Below are positions 25,146 to 34,421 of a stretch of DNA of 64,000 nucleotides, one piece after another. This DNA comes from an uncultured Sulfuricella sp. (GTDB taxonomy: Bacteria > Pseudomonadota > Gammaproteobacteria > Burkholderiales > Sulfuricellaceae). The stretch lies in NCBI GenBank assembly GCA_964505475.1, contig CAZDIJ010000008.1:381-64380 (forward strand), read 5' to 3'. The notes under the pieces were generated by a model, which worked only from the letters and a program-made list of their open reading frames with translations, was not told where the DNA came from and made no database searches. The translations under genes were made by a program, and so were the position numbers. How positions within the stretch are numbered: the stretch's first letter is position 1; each line of letters starts with the position of its first letter.

Positions 25146-27151
25146 GTGACCGTCCCCAGGATGCTGCGCGGCACTTCGCTGTTTTTCGGTCCGCCGGCGT
25201 TGAAGAATTCGGGATGCCGCGGATCGAGCAGATTGCGCGCCGCCAGGCTCAGATCCAGATCGCGGCGGGGGCGCCAGCCCCAGCGCAGATCCAGGCGGGT
25301 ATAGGCCGGAATGTTGAGGGCGGGCAACTCATCCACGTAGAACAACATGGCGCTCAGGTCGGTCTGCGCGTTCAGGGCGTAGAACGCCTGCAAACTAAAC
25401 TGGTGTTGCGGCGATTCGCCGGCCGTGTTTCTCAGGGAGGTATCGCGGCTGTCGGCATCGCGCTGGACGTTCATCCGCAACCAGGAATAGGCCGCCTTGA
25501 GCCGCCACTTTTCGCTCGGCTGCCAGTTGCCGCTCCACCCCAGGCCGTGGCTGGTGCCGCTCGCCTTGTTCTGCTGCTGGATCGGCATCACCAGCAGCGT
25601 CGGGGTTCCCGCCACGATATACGAAGCCTGCGGCTCGAAGGTCATCAGATCGCGGTGCTCGTTGTAGAAGACCGCGACATCCATGGAAAGCCGCTCCGCA
25701 GGCCGGATGCGGTAGCCCGCTTCGTAGGCGAGCAGTTTCTCGGACTGGATTTCCGGGTTGCCGATCAACTGCATGGCGTTGACCCGTCCGCCCGTTCCCG
25801 GGAACAGCGTCGTCGTGATGCGGGAATCCTCGTCGGTGCGGGAGGGCGTGTGCACGGCGCGCGACACCGCCGCCCAGGCGGTGTGCCGCTCGTCGATCTT
25901 CCAGCGCAGGCGCAGATTGGGCTGGTGCTCGAAGCCGGTGTAATTGTTGTGCTCGAACTTGGAACCCAGGGTCAGGAACAGCTTGTCCCGCGACAGCGCG
26001 ATCTCGTCCTGGATGAATGCGCTGGCGGTGCTGTCGGTGCGGCTGGAGGGCAGGTAGGAGACGACGAAGGTATTGTCCATCTGGTCGCTGGTCTGGCGGT
26101 AGCCGAGTCCCCACACGATGTCGTGATCGCCCTCCCACAGGAAGCGGTGCTGGAAATCCAGGTCGTAGGTGCGGCGCCGCTCGCCCAGGTTGGGGTAGCG
26201 CCGCTCGTAGGTATCGAAATAAGCCTGCAAGGCCCATTCCGAGGTGGCGGACAGCGCCTGCTTCCAGCGCATCAGCAGGTTGGCGCCCTGGATGTCGGTG
26301 GTGTAGCCGACGGGAACATTGCCGGGCGGCGAGAACGACAGCACCGAACCGCTGCGGTCGGAACTGCCGCTGTAGGCGTCGCCCTGCACGGTCAGCGAGT
26401 TGCCGCCGGACAGCGCCCAGTCGGCGCGGAAGCCGGCGGTGCCCAAATCCTGCCGGTCGTGCGCCCGCGCGCCGGAAGCCAGTTTGAAATCATCCTGGAG
26501 CATGCGCTTGGCGTAAACCCGGAAATTCCCGGTTTCGCCCAGCTTGCCGCCATAGCGCACCGCTCCCTGGCGGTCGATGGTGCCGCCGCCCAGGCTCGCC
26601 AGGCCGCCCTGGGTCGCCGCCGCGGGCTTGCTGATGATGTTGATGACGCCGCTCACCGCGTTCGCCCCCCACAGCGTGCCGCCGGGGCCGCGCACCACCT
26701 CGATGCGCTCCACGTCCTCCAGCACCACGTCGTGGGAATCCCAGTACACGCCGGAGAAAGTCGGCGAATAGAGAATGCGCCCATCCAGCAGCACCAGCAG
26801 GTTGTCGCTGTTCTTGCCGTTGAAGCCGCGGCTGCTGATCGCCCAGGTGGAGCCGTCGATCTGCGCCACCTGCATGCCCGGCACCATGCGCAGCAGTTCC
26901 GGGATGCTGGTCATGCCGGAACGGCGGATGTCTTCCGCGCCGATGACGTAGATGGCCGCGGCGGTATCCTCGAGTTTCTGCGGCTTGCGCGCCGCCGAGG
27001 TGACCTCCACGCTCACCTCCATCAACTGTTCCAGGGAATAATCGGTCAGCGCCGGAGCTTCCGCGGCGGGGAACGCCGCCGCGCTGAACAGCAGGCAGGC
27101 GGGAAGCGCCAGCAGGCTTTGCGTTCGGAGGTTGCGGAGTTTATTTTTCAT
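25133..27151 (-). CDS. TonB-dependent outer-membrane receptor (paralogue 1)
   Basis: Signal peptide, plug domain (..LEDTAAAIYVIGAEDIRRSGMTSIPELLRMVPGMQV..), barrel, and a C-terminal ..TVTWRF aromatic terminus. Confidence 0.9.
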   Translation of the reverse strand: MKNKLRNLRTQSLLALPACLLFSAAAFPAAEAPALTDYSLEQLMEVSVEVTSAARKPQKLEDTAAAIYVIGAEDIRRSGMTSIPELLRMVPGMQVAQIDGSTWAISSRGFNGKNSDNLLVLLDGRILYSPTFSGVYWDSHDVVLEDVERIEVVRGPGGTLWGANAVSGVINIISKPAAATQGGLASLGGGTIDRQGAVRYGGKLGETGNFRVYAKRMLQDDFKLASGARAHDRQDLGTAGFRADWALSGGNSLTVQGDAYSGSSDRSGSVLSFSPPGNVPVGYTTDIQGANLLMRWKQALSATSEWALQAYFDTYERRYPNLGERRRTYDLDFQHRFLWEGDHDIVWGLGYRQTSDQMDNTFVVSYLPSSRTDSTASAFIQDEIALSRDKLFLTLGSKFEHNNYTGFEHQPNLRLRWKIDERHTAWAAVSRAVHTPSRTDEDSRITTTLFPGTGGRVNAMQLIGNPEIQSEKLLAYEAGYRIRPAERLSMDVAVFYNEHRDLMTFEPQASYIVAGTPTLLVMPIQQQNKASGTSHGLGWSGNWQPSEKWRLKAAYSWLRMNVQRDADSRDTSLRNTAGESPQHQFSLQAFYALNAQTDLSAMLFYVDELPALNIPAYTRLDLRWGWRPRRDLDLSLAARNLLDPRHPEFFNAGGPKNSEVPRSILGTVTWRF

Positions 27152-27243
27152 GGCGTGTTGATGAAAACCGAAGTCGCGGGGATTTGTAAGTTGTTTTTTA
27201 CCGGCAGTATGCCATTCAAGAGGCTGTTGCGTAAGTGCCGGGC

Positions 27244-27257
27244 TTGACGCGGATCAA
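27244..27257. promoter_or_regulatory. FNR/CRP-family box TTGAC-GCGG-ATCAA
   Basis: 9/10 match to TTGAT-N4-ATCAA, 93 bp upstream of the paralogue-1 ATG. Confidence 0.45.
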
Positions 27258-27314
27258 CAAATCGGAAAATTCGCGCCGCCCGGAAATACCCGGACGCCGG
27301 GAAAAATATCCGGG

Positions 27315-29327
27315 TTAAAACCGCCATGTCGCCGCTCCGTACAGGCTGCGCGGCGCCTCGCTCGTTCTCGGCCCTTCAAACGTAACGAATTCGGGGTGGC
27401 GGCTGTCCAGCAGGTTGCGCGCCGCGACGCTGACTTCCAGGCCGCGCCGTGGCCGCCAGCCCCAGCGAAGGTCCAGGCGGGCATAGGCGGCGACATTCTG
27501 GCTGGGCAGCCGGTCCACGTAATACAGCGAAGCGCTCAAGTCGGTTTTGCCGTCGAGGGCGTGACGGGCGAAGAATTGCAACTGCTGCCGCGGCACCCAG
27601 CCGTTCCTGGCCTCGGTATAGGCGTCGGCGCTGTCCGGGTCGAGCCGGATGGCCGATTTCATCCAGGAATAGCCGGCCTTGAATGTCCATTTTGGCGACG
27701 GCTGCCAGCTTCCCGACAATTCCATGCCATGGCTGGTCCCGCCCGCCTTGTTCTGGAAGCGCAGCGGCACGACCACCCGCGCCGGGGATCCCGCCTCGTA
27801 GAAGGGTGCGGCGGGGTCGAGGGTCATGAGGTGATCGTATTCGTTGTAAAAAACCGCCGCTTCCAAGGAAACCTGCGCGGAAGGCCGCACGCGGTAACCC
27901 GCCTCGTAGGCCAGCAGGTTCTCGGCCTGCAACCCCGGATTGCCCAGTATCCGCACCAGGTAAGGCGCACCGCCGCTGCGCGCGTTTCCGGGAAGCGCGT
28001 CGTAATTGATCGCCACGCCCAGGTCGGCGCGCGACGGGGTGCGCACCGCGCGCGACAGCGCCGCCCAGCCCATCTGCCGTTCGTCGATTTTCCAGCGCAG
28101 GCGCAGGTTGGGCTGATGTTCGAGTCCGGTATGCTCGTTGTGTTCGAGCTTGGCGCCCATGACCAGGTGAAGACGCTCTCCGGCCAGCGCGATTTCGTCC
28201 TGGATGAAGGCGCTGACGATGTCGTCGCGGTGCTCCAGGGGGAAGAACGAGTAGTGGAATTTATCCGCCATCTCGTCGCTCGTCCGGCGCCAGCCCAGCC
28301 CCCACACGATGTCGTGCCTTTCCCCCCACGCATGGCGGCGCTGAAAATCCACATCGTAGGTATCCCGCTTTTCGCCGAGCTTGGCATCCTGCCGTTCGTA
28401 GCCGTCGTAATAAAATTGCAGCGACCATTCCGAACCGACGGAAAGCACGCGCTTCCAGCGCAGCAGCAGATTGCCGCCCTTGAGGGTATTGGAAAAATCC
28501 TGGGGAATGGCGGCGGGCGGCGCCAACTGGATGTAGCGGGCGGAATAATCCGAATTCCCGTCGTAGGCATCGCCTTGCAGCGTGACCGCATCCCCGCTGT
28601 CGAACGCCCAGTCGGCGCGGAAACCGGCGCTCCGCATGTCGCGCCGGTCATGCGCCGGCGCGCCGTCGCCGCGCTGAAAATCATCGTGAACGGAATTCCC
28701 GGCATGGATGCGGAAATGACCGTCCTCCCCGATCTTGCCGCCGTAGCGCGCCATTTGGCGATGTTCGTAATTGCCCGCGCCGCCGCTCGCCAACCAGCCC
28801 TGGGTCGCGGCGGCGGGACGGGTGGTGATGCTGACCACCCCGTTCACCGCATTCGCCCCCCACAGCGTGCCGCCGGGACCGCGAATCACCTCTATCTTTT
28901 CGATGTCTTCCAGCGCCACCTCCTGGGCATCCCAGTAAACACCGGAAAACGACGGCGTGTACAGGGTGCGGCCGTCGAGTTGCACCAGCAATTTGTTGCT
29001 GTAACGGCCGGCGAAGCCGCGGCTGCCGACCGCCCAGGTGGAGCCGTCGATCTGGCCGACCTGCAACCCCGGCGCCAGGCGCAGCAGCTCGGGAAGGGTG
29101 GTCATGCCGGAATGGCGGATGTCTTCCTGAGTAATCACGTAAACCGCGGCGGCCGTATCCTCCAGCCTTTGCGTTTTACGCCCCGCCGAGGTGACCGCGA
29201 CATCCAGCTCCATCAACTGCTCCAGCGAATAATCGGCCAGGGGCGTCTCCTCCGCCCCGGCCGCGGGGACGAGGCAGCCCGCCATGACGGACGACAAGCA
29301 AACGGAAAAAGATAACTGGCGCAACAC
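27315..29327 (-). CDS. TonB-dependent outer-membrane receptor (paralogue 2)
   Basis: Collinear with paralogue 1 over its whole length, with roughly two thirds of residues identical by eye in the plug region. C-terminal ..AATWRF. Confidence 0.9.
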   Translation of the reverse strand: MLRQLSFSVCLSSVMAGCLVPAAGAEETPLADYSLEQLMELDVAVTSAGRKTQRLEDTAAAVYVITQEDIRHSGMTTLPELLRLAPGLQVGQIDGSTWAVGSRGFAGRYSNKLLVQLDGRTLYTPSFSGVYWDAQEVALEDIEKIEVIRGPGGTLWGANAVNGVVSITTRPAAATQGWLASGGAGNYEHRQMARYGGKIGEDGHFRIHAGNSVHDDFQRGDGAPAHDRRDMRSAGFRADWAFDSGDAVTLQGDAYDGNSDYSARYIQLAPPAAIPQDFSNTLKGGNLLLRWKRVLSVGSEWSLQFYYDGYERQDAKLGEKRDTYDVDFQRRHAWGERHDIVWGLGWRRTSDEMADKFHYSFFPLEHRDDIVSAFIQDEIALAGERLHLVMGAKLEHNEHTGLEHQPNLRLRWKIDERQMGWAALSRAVRTPSRADLGVAINYDALPGNARSGGAPYLVRILGNPGLQAENLLAYEAGYRVRPSAQVSLEAAVFYNEYDHLMTLDPAAPFYEAGSPARVVVPLRFQNKAGGTSHGMELSGSWQPSPKWTFKAGYSWMKSAIRLDPDSADAYTEARNGWVPRQQLQFFARHALDGKTDLSASLYYVDRLPSQNVAAYARLDLRWGWRPRRGLEVSVAARNLLDSRHPEFVTFEGPRTSEAPRSLYGAATWRF

Positions 29328-29425
29328 GGGGAAGATTCGGCGTTTTCGGTTAGGATGATGAGGATGCGGTTTTCGGCGAAACTGGCGCGAATTATGCCAT
29401 CAACGCATTCGCTTAGTAAAATTTG

Positions 29426-29439
29426 TTGACCCAGATCAA
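29426..29439. promoter_or_regulatory. FNR/CRP-family box TTGAC-CCAG-ATCAA
   Basis: 9/10 match to TTGAT-N4-ATCAA, inside the longer palindrome TTTGTTGAC-CCAG-ATCAACAAA, 99 bp upstream of the paralogue-2 ATG. Confidence 0.45.
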
Positions 29440-29503
29440 CAAAATCAACACCCGCGAACCGCTCTCCGGCGACCTCCTTCCCCTTCCAAGCTCAAAGTGA
29501 ATT

Positions 29504-29605
29504 ATGCCTCTGAACTATTCTCAGCAAACGCCCACGCCCTCCCTTGCGCGCCTTGCGCGCAAGGGAGGGCGTAAGCGCGTTTACTGAAAACAGTTCACAG
29601 GCATG
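29504..29605. mobile_element. MITE-like element, family A, short full-length variant
   Basis: TIRs ATGCCTCTGAACTATTCTCAG / CTGAAAACAGTTCACAGGCAT. Flanking 9-mers AAGTGAATT / AAGCGAATT match 8/9. Confidence 0.8.
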
Positions 29606-29684
29606 AAGCGAATTCCTGTGGGAGCGAATCAGCCATTCCCCCCCTTTTGCAAAGGGGAGAGCCAGTTGAACCTAAAAAGCGCAG

Positions 29685-29814
29685 TTTAACCACGGGGAAA
29701 TGATGGAGTTGCGGCGAGGCATGAAGAAAATGCCGCTCACCCGGCGGGTGAACAGCCTATCTCTTTCAACCGGTTGTTTTCCCGATTTTTCCCCATGTTC
29801 CCCGTGGTTCAAAT
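29685..29814. mobile_element. Family C element, full length
   Basis: Termini TTTAACCACGGGGAAATGATGGAG ... TTTTTCCCCATGTTCCCCGTGGTTCAAAT are inverted repeats. The interior carries TCACCCGGCGGGTGA, a 5-bp inverted repeat (TCACC / GGTGA). No obvious target duplication. Confidence 0.6.
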
Positions 29815-29840
29815 AGGGAATTTAGGTTGAATTTTCCAAC

Positions 29841-29960
29841 ATGCCCATGAACTATTTTCAGGCGATTGCCGGTAGCGGCGCGCCACTCCTTCCCCCGCCT
29901 GTCTCGCCGTGGTCGCCGCCGAGCGGCGGGGACACTCCTTGCGGGTGCGGGGGAAGGCGG
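29841..29960. repeat. Family A element, left-hand partial copy
   Basis: Left TIR ATGCCCATGAACTATTTTCAGGCGATTGCCGG (compare 19601). No right TIR before the nifJ terminator. Confidence 0.55.
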
Positions 29961-29973
29961 CGAGCGGCGGCGC

Positions 29974-30008
29974 AAACAAAAACGCCGCGCGGTTTCCCGC
30001 GCGGCGTT
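29974..30008 (-). terminator. Rho-independent terminator of nifJ
   Basis: On the minus strand: 12-bp perfect stem AACGCCGCGCGG-GAAA-CCGCGCGGCGTT followed by TTTGTTTG, 23 nt after the nifJ stop. Confidence 0.8.
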
Positions 30009-30030
30009 CGTGGACGCATCCGCCGGATGC

Positions 30031-33000
30031 TTATTCCTCCTTGGCGGCGGCCTTGCCTTTCTTGGCGTGTTCGCCGCCGGCCATGTGCTCGTAGAAGGCG
30101 AAGCGCTTGTTGATTTCGCTTTCATAGTGCGCCAGCAAGGTATCGTTCGCCCCCATCTGCTGCACCAGGCCGCGGAAACGCGGTTCGTTCTTGACGAAGT
30201 CGATGTAGGACACCGATGGCTTGGCCGAATCCATCACCAGCGGCACCTTGCCTTCGTCGGCGCGGCGCGGGTCGTAGCGGAACAGCGGCCAGTGGCCGGT
30301 GTTGACCGCCAGTTCCTGCTGCTGGTGCTGTTTCGACATGTCGAAGCCGTGCTCGACGCAGGGGCTGTAGGCGATAATCAGCGACGGGCCGTCGTAGGAT
30401 TCCGCCTCGATGAAGGTCTTGAGGGTGTGGATGTCCTTGGCGCCGTAGGCGACGTGCGCCACGTAGCAATGACCGTAGCTCATGGCGATTTGCGCCAGGT
30501 CCTTCTTGCCGGTGGGTTTGCCGCCGGCGGCGAACTTGGCGGTGGCGCCCTTCGGCGTGGCCTTGCAGGCCTGGCCGCCGGTGTTGGAATAGACTTCGGT
30601 ATCCAGCACCAGGATGTTGACGTTGCGCCCGGAAGCCAGGACGTGATCCACGCCGCCGAAGCCGATGTCGTAAGCCCAACCGTCGCCGCCGATGATCCAC
30701 ACGCTGCGCTTGACCAGGGCGTCGGCCACGCTTTCCAGGTTGCGCGCCTCGGCGCCCTCGACGGTGGCGAGCTTGGCTTTCAGCTTGGCCAGGTTGGCGC
30801 GCTGCTGCTGGATGCCGGCTTCGTCGGCCTGGCTGACGGTGAGCATCGCCTCCACCAGGTCGGCGCCGATCCGGTCGCGCAACTTGTGCAGCAGTTCCTT
30901 GGCGAATTGATTGTGCTTGTCGAGGGTGAGGCGGAACCCCAGGCCGAATTCGGCATTGTCCTCGAACAGCGAGTTCGACCAGGCCGGGCCGTGGCCGTCC
31001 GGGTTGGTGCTGTAGGGGGTGGTCGGCAGGTTGCCGCCGTAGATCGACGAGCAGCCGGTGGCGTTGGCCACCACCATGCGGTCGCCGAAAAGTTGCGTGG
31101 CCAGCTTGATGTAGGGGGTTTCGCCGCAGCCGACGCAGGCGGTGGGAAATTCAAAGAGCGGCTGCATCACCATCGCGCCCTTGATGGTGGAGGCGCGCAG
31201 CTTGGTGCGGTCGAATTCCGGCAGGCTCATGAAGAAGTCGAAGTTTTCCTTCTCCTGCTGGCGCAACGGCACCTGATCGCGCATGTTGAGCGCCTTGTAG
31301 TTGGGGTCGGTCTTCGACACCGCCGGGCAGATGTCCACGCACAAGCCGCAGCCGGTGCAGTCTTCCGGCGCGACCTGGTAGCTGATGTGCATGCCCTTCT
31401 CGAATTCCTTGCCGGTCACCTGGATGTGCTTGAAGGTGGGCGGCGCGTCCTTGGCCAGTTCGACCGGGAACACCTTGGAGCGGATGGCGGTGTGCGGGCA
31501 GACGAACGGACACTTGCCGCAATAGATGCATAGCTCTTCGTCCCACACCGGGATTTCCAGCGCCAGGTTGCGCTTGTCCCAGATGGCCGTGCCGACCGGC
31601 CAGGTGCCGTCGGCGGGAATCGCCGATACCGGCAGCAGGTGGCCGCGCCCGGCCATGATCTCGGCGGTGACGCGCTTGACGAATTCCGGGGCGTGAGCGC
31701 CCACCGGATCGGGCATTTCAAAGTTGCTGGTGGCGGCAGAGGGAATTTCCACCTTGTTGATGTTGGCGACGGTTTCGTCGATGGCCTGGTAGTTGCGTTC
31801 GACGATGTCCTTGCCTTTCCTGCCGTAGGTCTTCAAAGCCGCGGCCTTGATCGACTCGATCGCCGCTTCGCGCGGCAGCACCCCGGAAATGGCGAAGAAG
31901 GCGGTCTGCATCACGGTGTTGATGCGCGCGCCCATACCGGTTTTCTTGGCGATGGCGACGGCGTCGATGGTATAGAACTGGATATTCTTGGCGATCATCT
32001 GTTGCTGCATCTTGCGCGTCAGGGTGTCCCACACCTTGTCCGGCGCGGCCGGCGAGTTGAGCAGGAACACCGCGCCCTCGGCGGCGTGCTCCAGCATTTC
32101 ATAACGCTCCAGGAACACCGGCTGGTGGCAGCCGATGAAGCCGGCCTCGTTGTGGCCGATCAGGTAGGAGGAATGGATGGGCTTGGGGGAAAAACGCAGG
32201 TGGGAAATCGTCGCCGCGCCGGCCTTCTTCGAGTCGTAAACGAAATAGCCCTGGGCGTAGAGGTCGGTTTCCTCGCCGATGATCTTGATGGTGTTCTTGT
32301 TGGCGCCCACCGTGCCGTCCGAGCCGAGACCGAAGAACATCGAGCACATCACGCCCTGGCTGGCGTCGATGCGGTAGCCGTCATCCCAGGCCAGCGACAG
32401 GTGGGTGACGTCGTCGATGATGCCGACGGTGAAATTGTTCTTCGGGGTGTTGCGCTCCATCTCGGCGAAAACGCCGTTAATCATGCCGGGGCGGAACTCG
32501 CGCGAGGCCAGGCCGTAGCGCCCGCCCACCACGCGCGGTATCTGGGTGAACTCGGCGCCACCGGAGGAATAATAGGTGGCGATGGCGGTGACCACGTCCT
32601 TGTACAGCGGCTCGCCGTCCGCGCCCGGCTCCTTGCAGCGATCCAGCACGGCGATGGTTTTTACCGTGGTGGGCAACGCGGAAAGGAACACATCCGCCGC
32701 GAACGGGCGGAACAGGCGCACCTTCAACACGCCCACCCTCTCGCCGCGCGCAGTCATGTGCCGCACGGTTTCCTCGACCGCTTCCGCGCCGGAACCCATG
32801 ATGATGATGACGCGCTCGGCATCTTCCGCGCCGATGTATTCATAGAGCTTGTACTGGCGTCCGGTGAGATCGGCGAACTGATCCATCGCGGCCTGGACGA
32901 TGCCCGGCAAGGCGCTGTAATAGGTATTGACGGTTTCGCGCCCCTGGAAATACACGTCGGGATTCTGCGAAGTGCCGCGGATCACCGGCTTCTCCGGGTT

Positions 33001-33627
33001 CAGCGCGCGCGCGCGGTGCGCCTGCACCAGGTCGTCGCGGATCATCCGGCGCACCACTTCGTGGCTGACTTGCTCGACCTTGGCGACTTCGTGGGAAGTG
33101 CGGAAACCATCGAAAAAATGCATGAAGGGAATACGCCCTTCCAGGGTGGCGACCTGGGCGATCAGCGCCATGTCCATGGCTTCCTGCACCGAATTCGAGG
33201 ACAGCATGGCGAAACCGGTGGAACGCGCCGCCATCACATCGCTGTGGTCGCCGAAAATCGACAGCCCCTGCGCCGCCAGCGAGCGCGCCGCGACGTGCAT
33301 GACGAACGGCGTCAACTCGCCGGCGATCTTGTACATATTGGGAATCATCAGCAACAAGCCCTGCGACGCGGTAAACGTCGTCGTCAGCGCGCCGGTTTGC
33401 AGGGCGCCATGCACCGAGCCGGCCGCGCCGGACTCAGACTGCATTTCGATCACCTCGGGGACGGTGCCCCACAGGTTCTTGATGCCGTGCGCCGACCAAT
33501 GATCCGAGTACTCGCCCATCGGCGAAGAAGGCGTAATCGGATAAATGGCGATCACCTCGTTGGTGAGGTGGGCGATATATGCTGCGGCCTCGTTGCCGTC
33601 GATCGTAACCATGTGGACATGTGACAT
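30031..33627 (-). CDS. nifJ: Pyruvate:ferredoxin (flavodoxin) oxidoreductase
   Basis: 1198 aa. N-terminal ..TIDGNEAAAYIAHLTNEVIAIYPITPSSPMGE.., two ferredoxin-type motifs (CIYCGKCPFVCP, CTGCGLCVDICP) and TPP-binding ..GGDGWAYDIGFGG.. . Confidence 0.93.
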   Translation of the reverse strand: MSHVHMVTIDGNEAAAYIAHLTNEVIAIYPITPSSPMGEYSDHWSAHGIKNLWGTVPEVIEMQSESGAAGSVHGALQTGALTTTFTASQGLLLMIPNMYKIAGELTPFVMHVAARSLAAQGLSIFGDHSDVMAARSTGFAMLSSNSVQEAMDMALIAQVATLEGRIPFMHFFDGFRTSHEVAKVEQVSHEVVRRMIRDDLVQAHRARALNPEKPVIRGTSQNPDVYFQGRETVNTYYSALPGIVQAAMDQFADLTGRQYKLYEYIGAEDAERVIIIMGSGAEAVEETVRHMTARGERVGVLKVRLFRPFAADVFLSALPTTVKTIAVLDRCKEPGADGEPLYKDVVTAIATYYSSGGAEFTQIPRVVGGRYGLASREFRPGMINGVFAEMERNTPKNNFTVGIIDDVTHLSLAWDDGYRIDASQGVMCSMFFGLGSDGTVGANKNTIKIIGEETDLYAQGYFVYDSKKAGAATISHLRFSPKPIHSSYLIGHNEAGFIGCHQPVFLERYEMLEHAAEGAVFLLNSPAAPDKVWDTLTRKMQQQMIAKNIQFYTIDAVAIAKKTGMGARINTVMQTAFFAISGVLPREAAIESIKAAALKTYGRKGKDIVERNYQAIDETVANINKVEIPSAATSNFEMPDPVGAHAPEFVKRVTAEIMAGRGHLLPVSAIPADGTWPVGTAIWDKRNLALEIPVWDEELCIYCGKCPFVCPHTAIRSKVFPVELAKDAPPTFKHIQVTGKEFEKGMHISYQVAPEDCTGCGLCVDICPAVSKTDPNYKALNMRDQVPLRQQEKENFDFFMSLPEFDRTKLRASTIKGAMVMQPLFEFPTACVGCGETPYIKLATQLFGDRMVVANATGCSSIYGGNLPTTPYSTNPDGHGPAWSNSLFEDNAEFGLGFRLTLDKHNQFAKELLHKLRDRIGADLVEAMLTVSQADEAGIQQQRANLAKLKAKLATVEGAEARNLESVADALVKRSVWIIGGDGWAYDIGFGGVDHVLASGRNVNILVLDTEVYSNTGGQACKATPKGATAKFAAGGKPTGKKDLAQIAMSYGHCYVAHVAYGAKDIHTLKTFIEAESYDGPSLIIAYSPCVEHGFDMSKQHQQQELAVNTGHWPLFRYDPRRADEGKVPLVMDSAKPSVSYIDFVKNEPRFRGLVQQMGANDTLLAHYESEINKRFAFYEHMAGGEHAKKGKAAAKEE

Positions 33628-33863
33628 CAGAAACCCCTATAAAACCATATTAGTTCAACAAGATAAATTTGCCGCACGATTTGCTCGGAGCGAAATCCGC
33701 GAGTTTGTCATGTTATATATATGACTTATATATTACAAGTATTGCGCCGCAAAAAAATTCAATGATTCGATTGATTATTTCAACCCAGATTATTCATTAG
33801 GGCGCGAGATGATGGCGAGGCGGGCTGGGTTGCGAGGCAATTTGGCTGCCGGGAGGAAGCCAC

Positions 33864-33887
33864 AAAAAAAACCGCCCGGAAGGGCGG
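33864..33887 (-). terminator. Rho-independent terminator of the dsrC/tusE-like gene
   Basis: On the minus strand: CCGCCC-TTCC-GGGCGG followed by TTTTTTTT, ~30 nt after the stop. Confidence 0.8.
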
Positions 33888-33918
33888 AGAAGGGAGAGAA
33901 GGGGGAAACCTGAAGATG

Positions 33919-34251
33919 CTAGACGCAGCCGGTCGGCTTGGGCAAGCCGGCGATGCGGCAACCCTGCTTGGCCGGCCCATAGGGAAACAGCTCGTAGAGA
34001 TACTTGGAGTTGCCCTTGTCCGCGCCGTATTCCTTGGTCATGGCTTTTTGCATCAAGCGGATGTTGGGCACCGTGCCGCTTTCGGCGAAGCCCTGGCGCA
34101 GGAAATTGATGACCTCCCAGTGGTTTTCGGTCAGATCCAGCTTTTCCTTGGCGGCGATGCTCCGCGCCAAATCCTCTGACCACAAGGAAAGATCGCGCAA
34201 GTAACCTTCCGGGTCGGTTTCCACGGTAATGCCGTTAATTTCAAATTCCAT
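33919..34251 (-). CDS. TusE/DsrC/DsvC-family sulfur-relay protein with both C-terminal cysteines
   Basis: 110 aa ending ..GCRIAGLPKPTGCV (Cys-X10-Cys, penultimate Cys), the DsrC-type C-terminal arm. Confidence 0.85.
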   Translation of the reverse strand: MEFEINGITVETDPEGYLRDLSLWSEDLARSIAAKEKLDLTENHWEVINFLRQGFAESGTVPNIRLMQKAMTKEYGADKGNSKYLYELFPYGPAKQGCRIAGLPKPTGCV

Positions 34252-34421
34252 GATGGTCTCCTTAATTCAAGTTTCAATATTAGGCTTGCTTGTGAACTTG
34301 GATTAAGTTTAATAAATCCATACAATTCTTGTCAACTACTTTCTTGAAAAAATTTTCAGGTTATTTCATACCCCCCGGATAAGCGCGGTATAATGTTGAA
34401 AATTAAAGTAATTAGCCTGCC

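Noticed and set aside
33683-33700. TTGCCGCACGATTTGCT as a sigma54-like element in the nifJ upstream region
   Set aside because: It is on the wrong strand for nifJ, the spacing between GCAC and TGC is two bases too short, and no downstream plus-strand gene exists.
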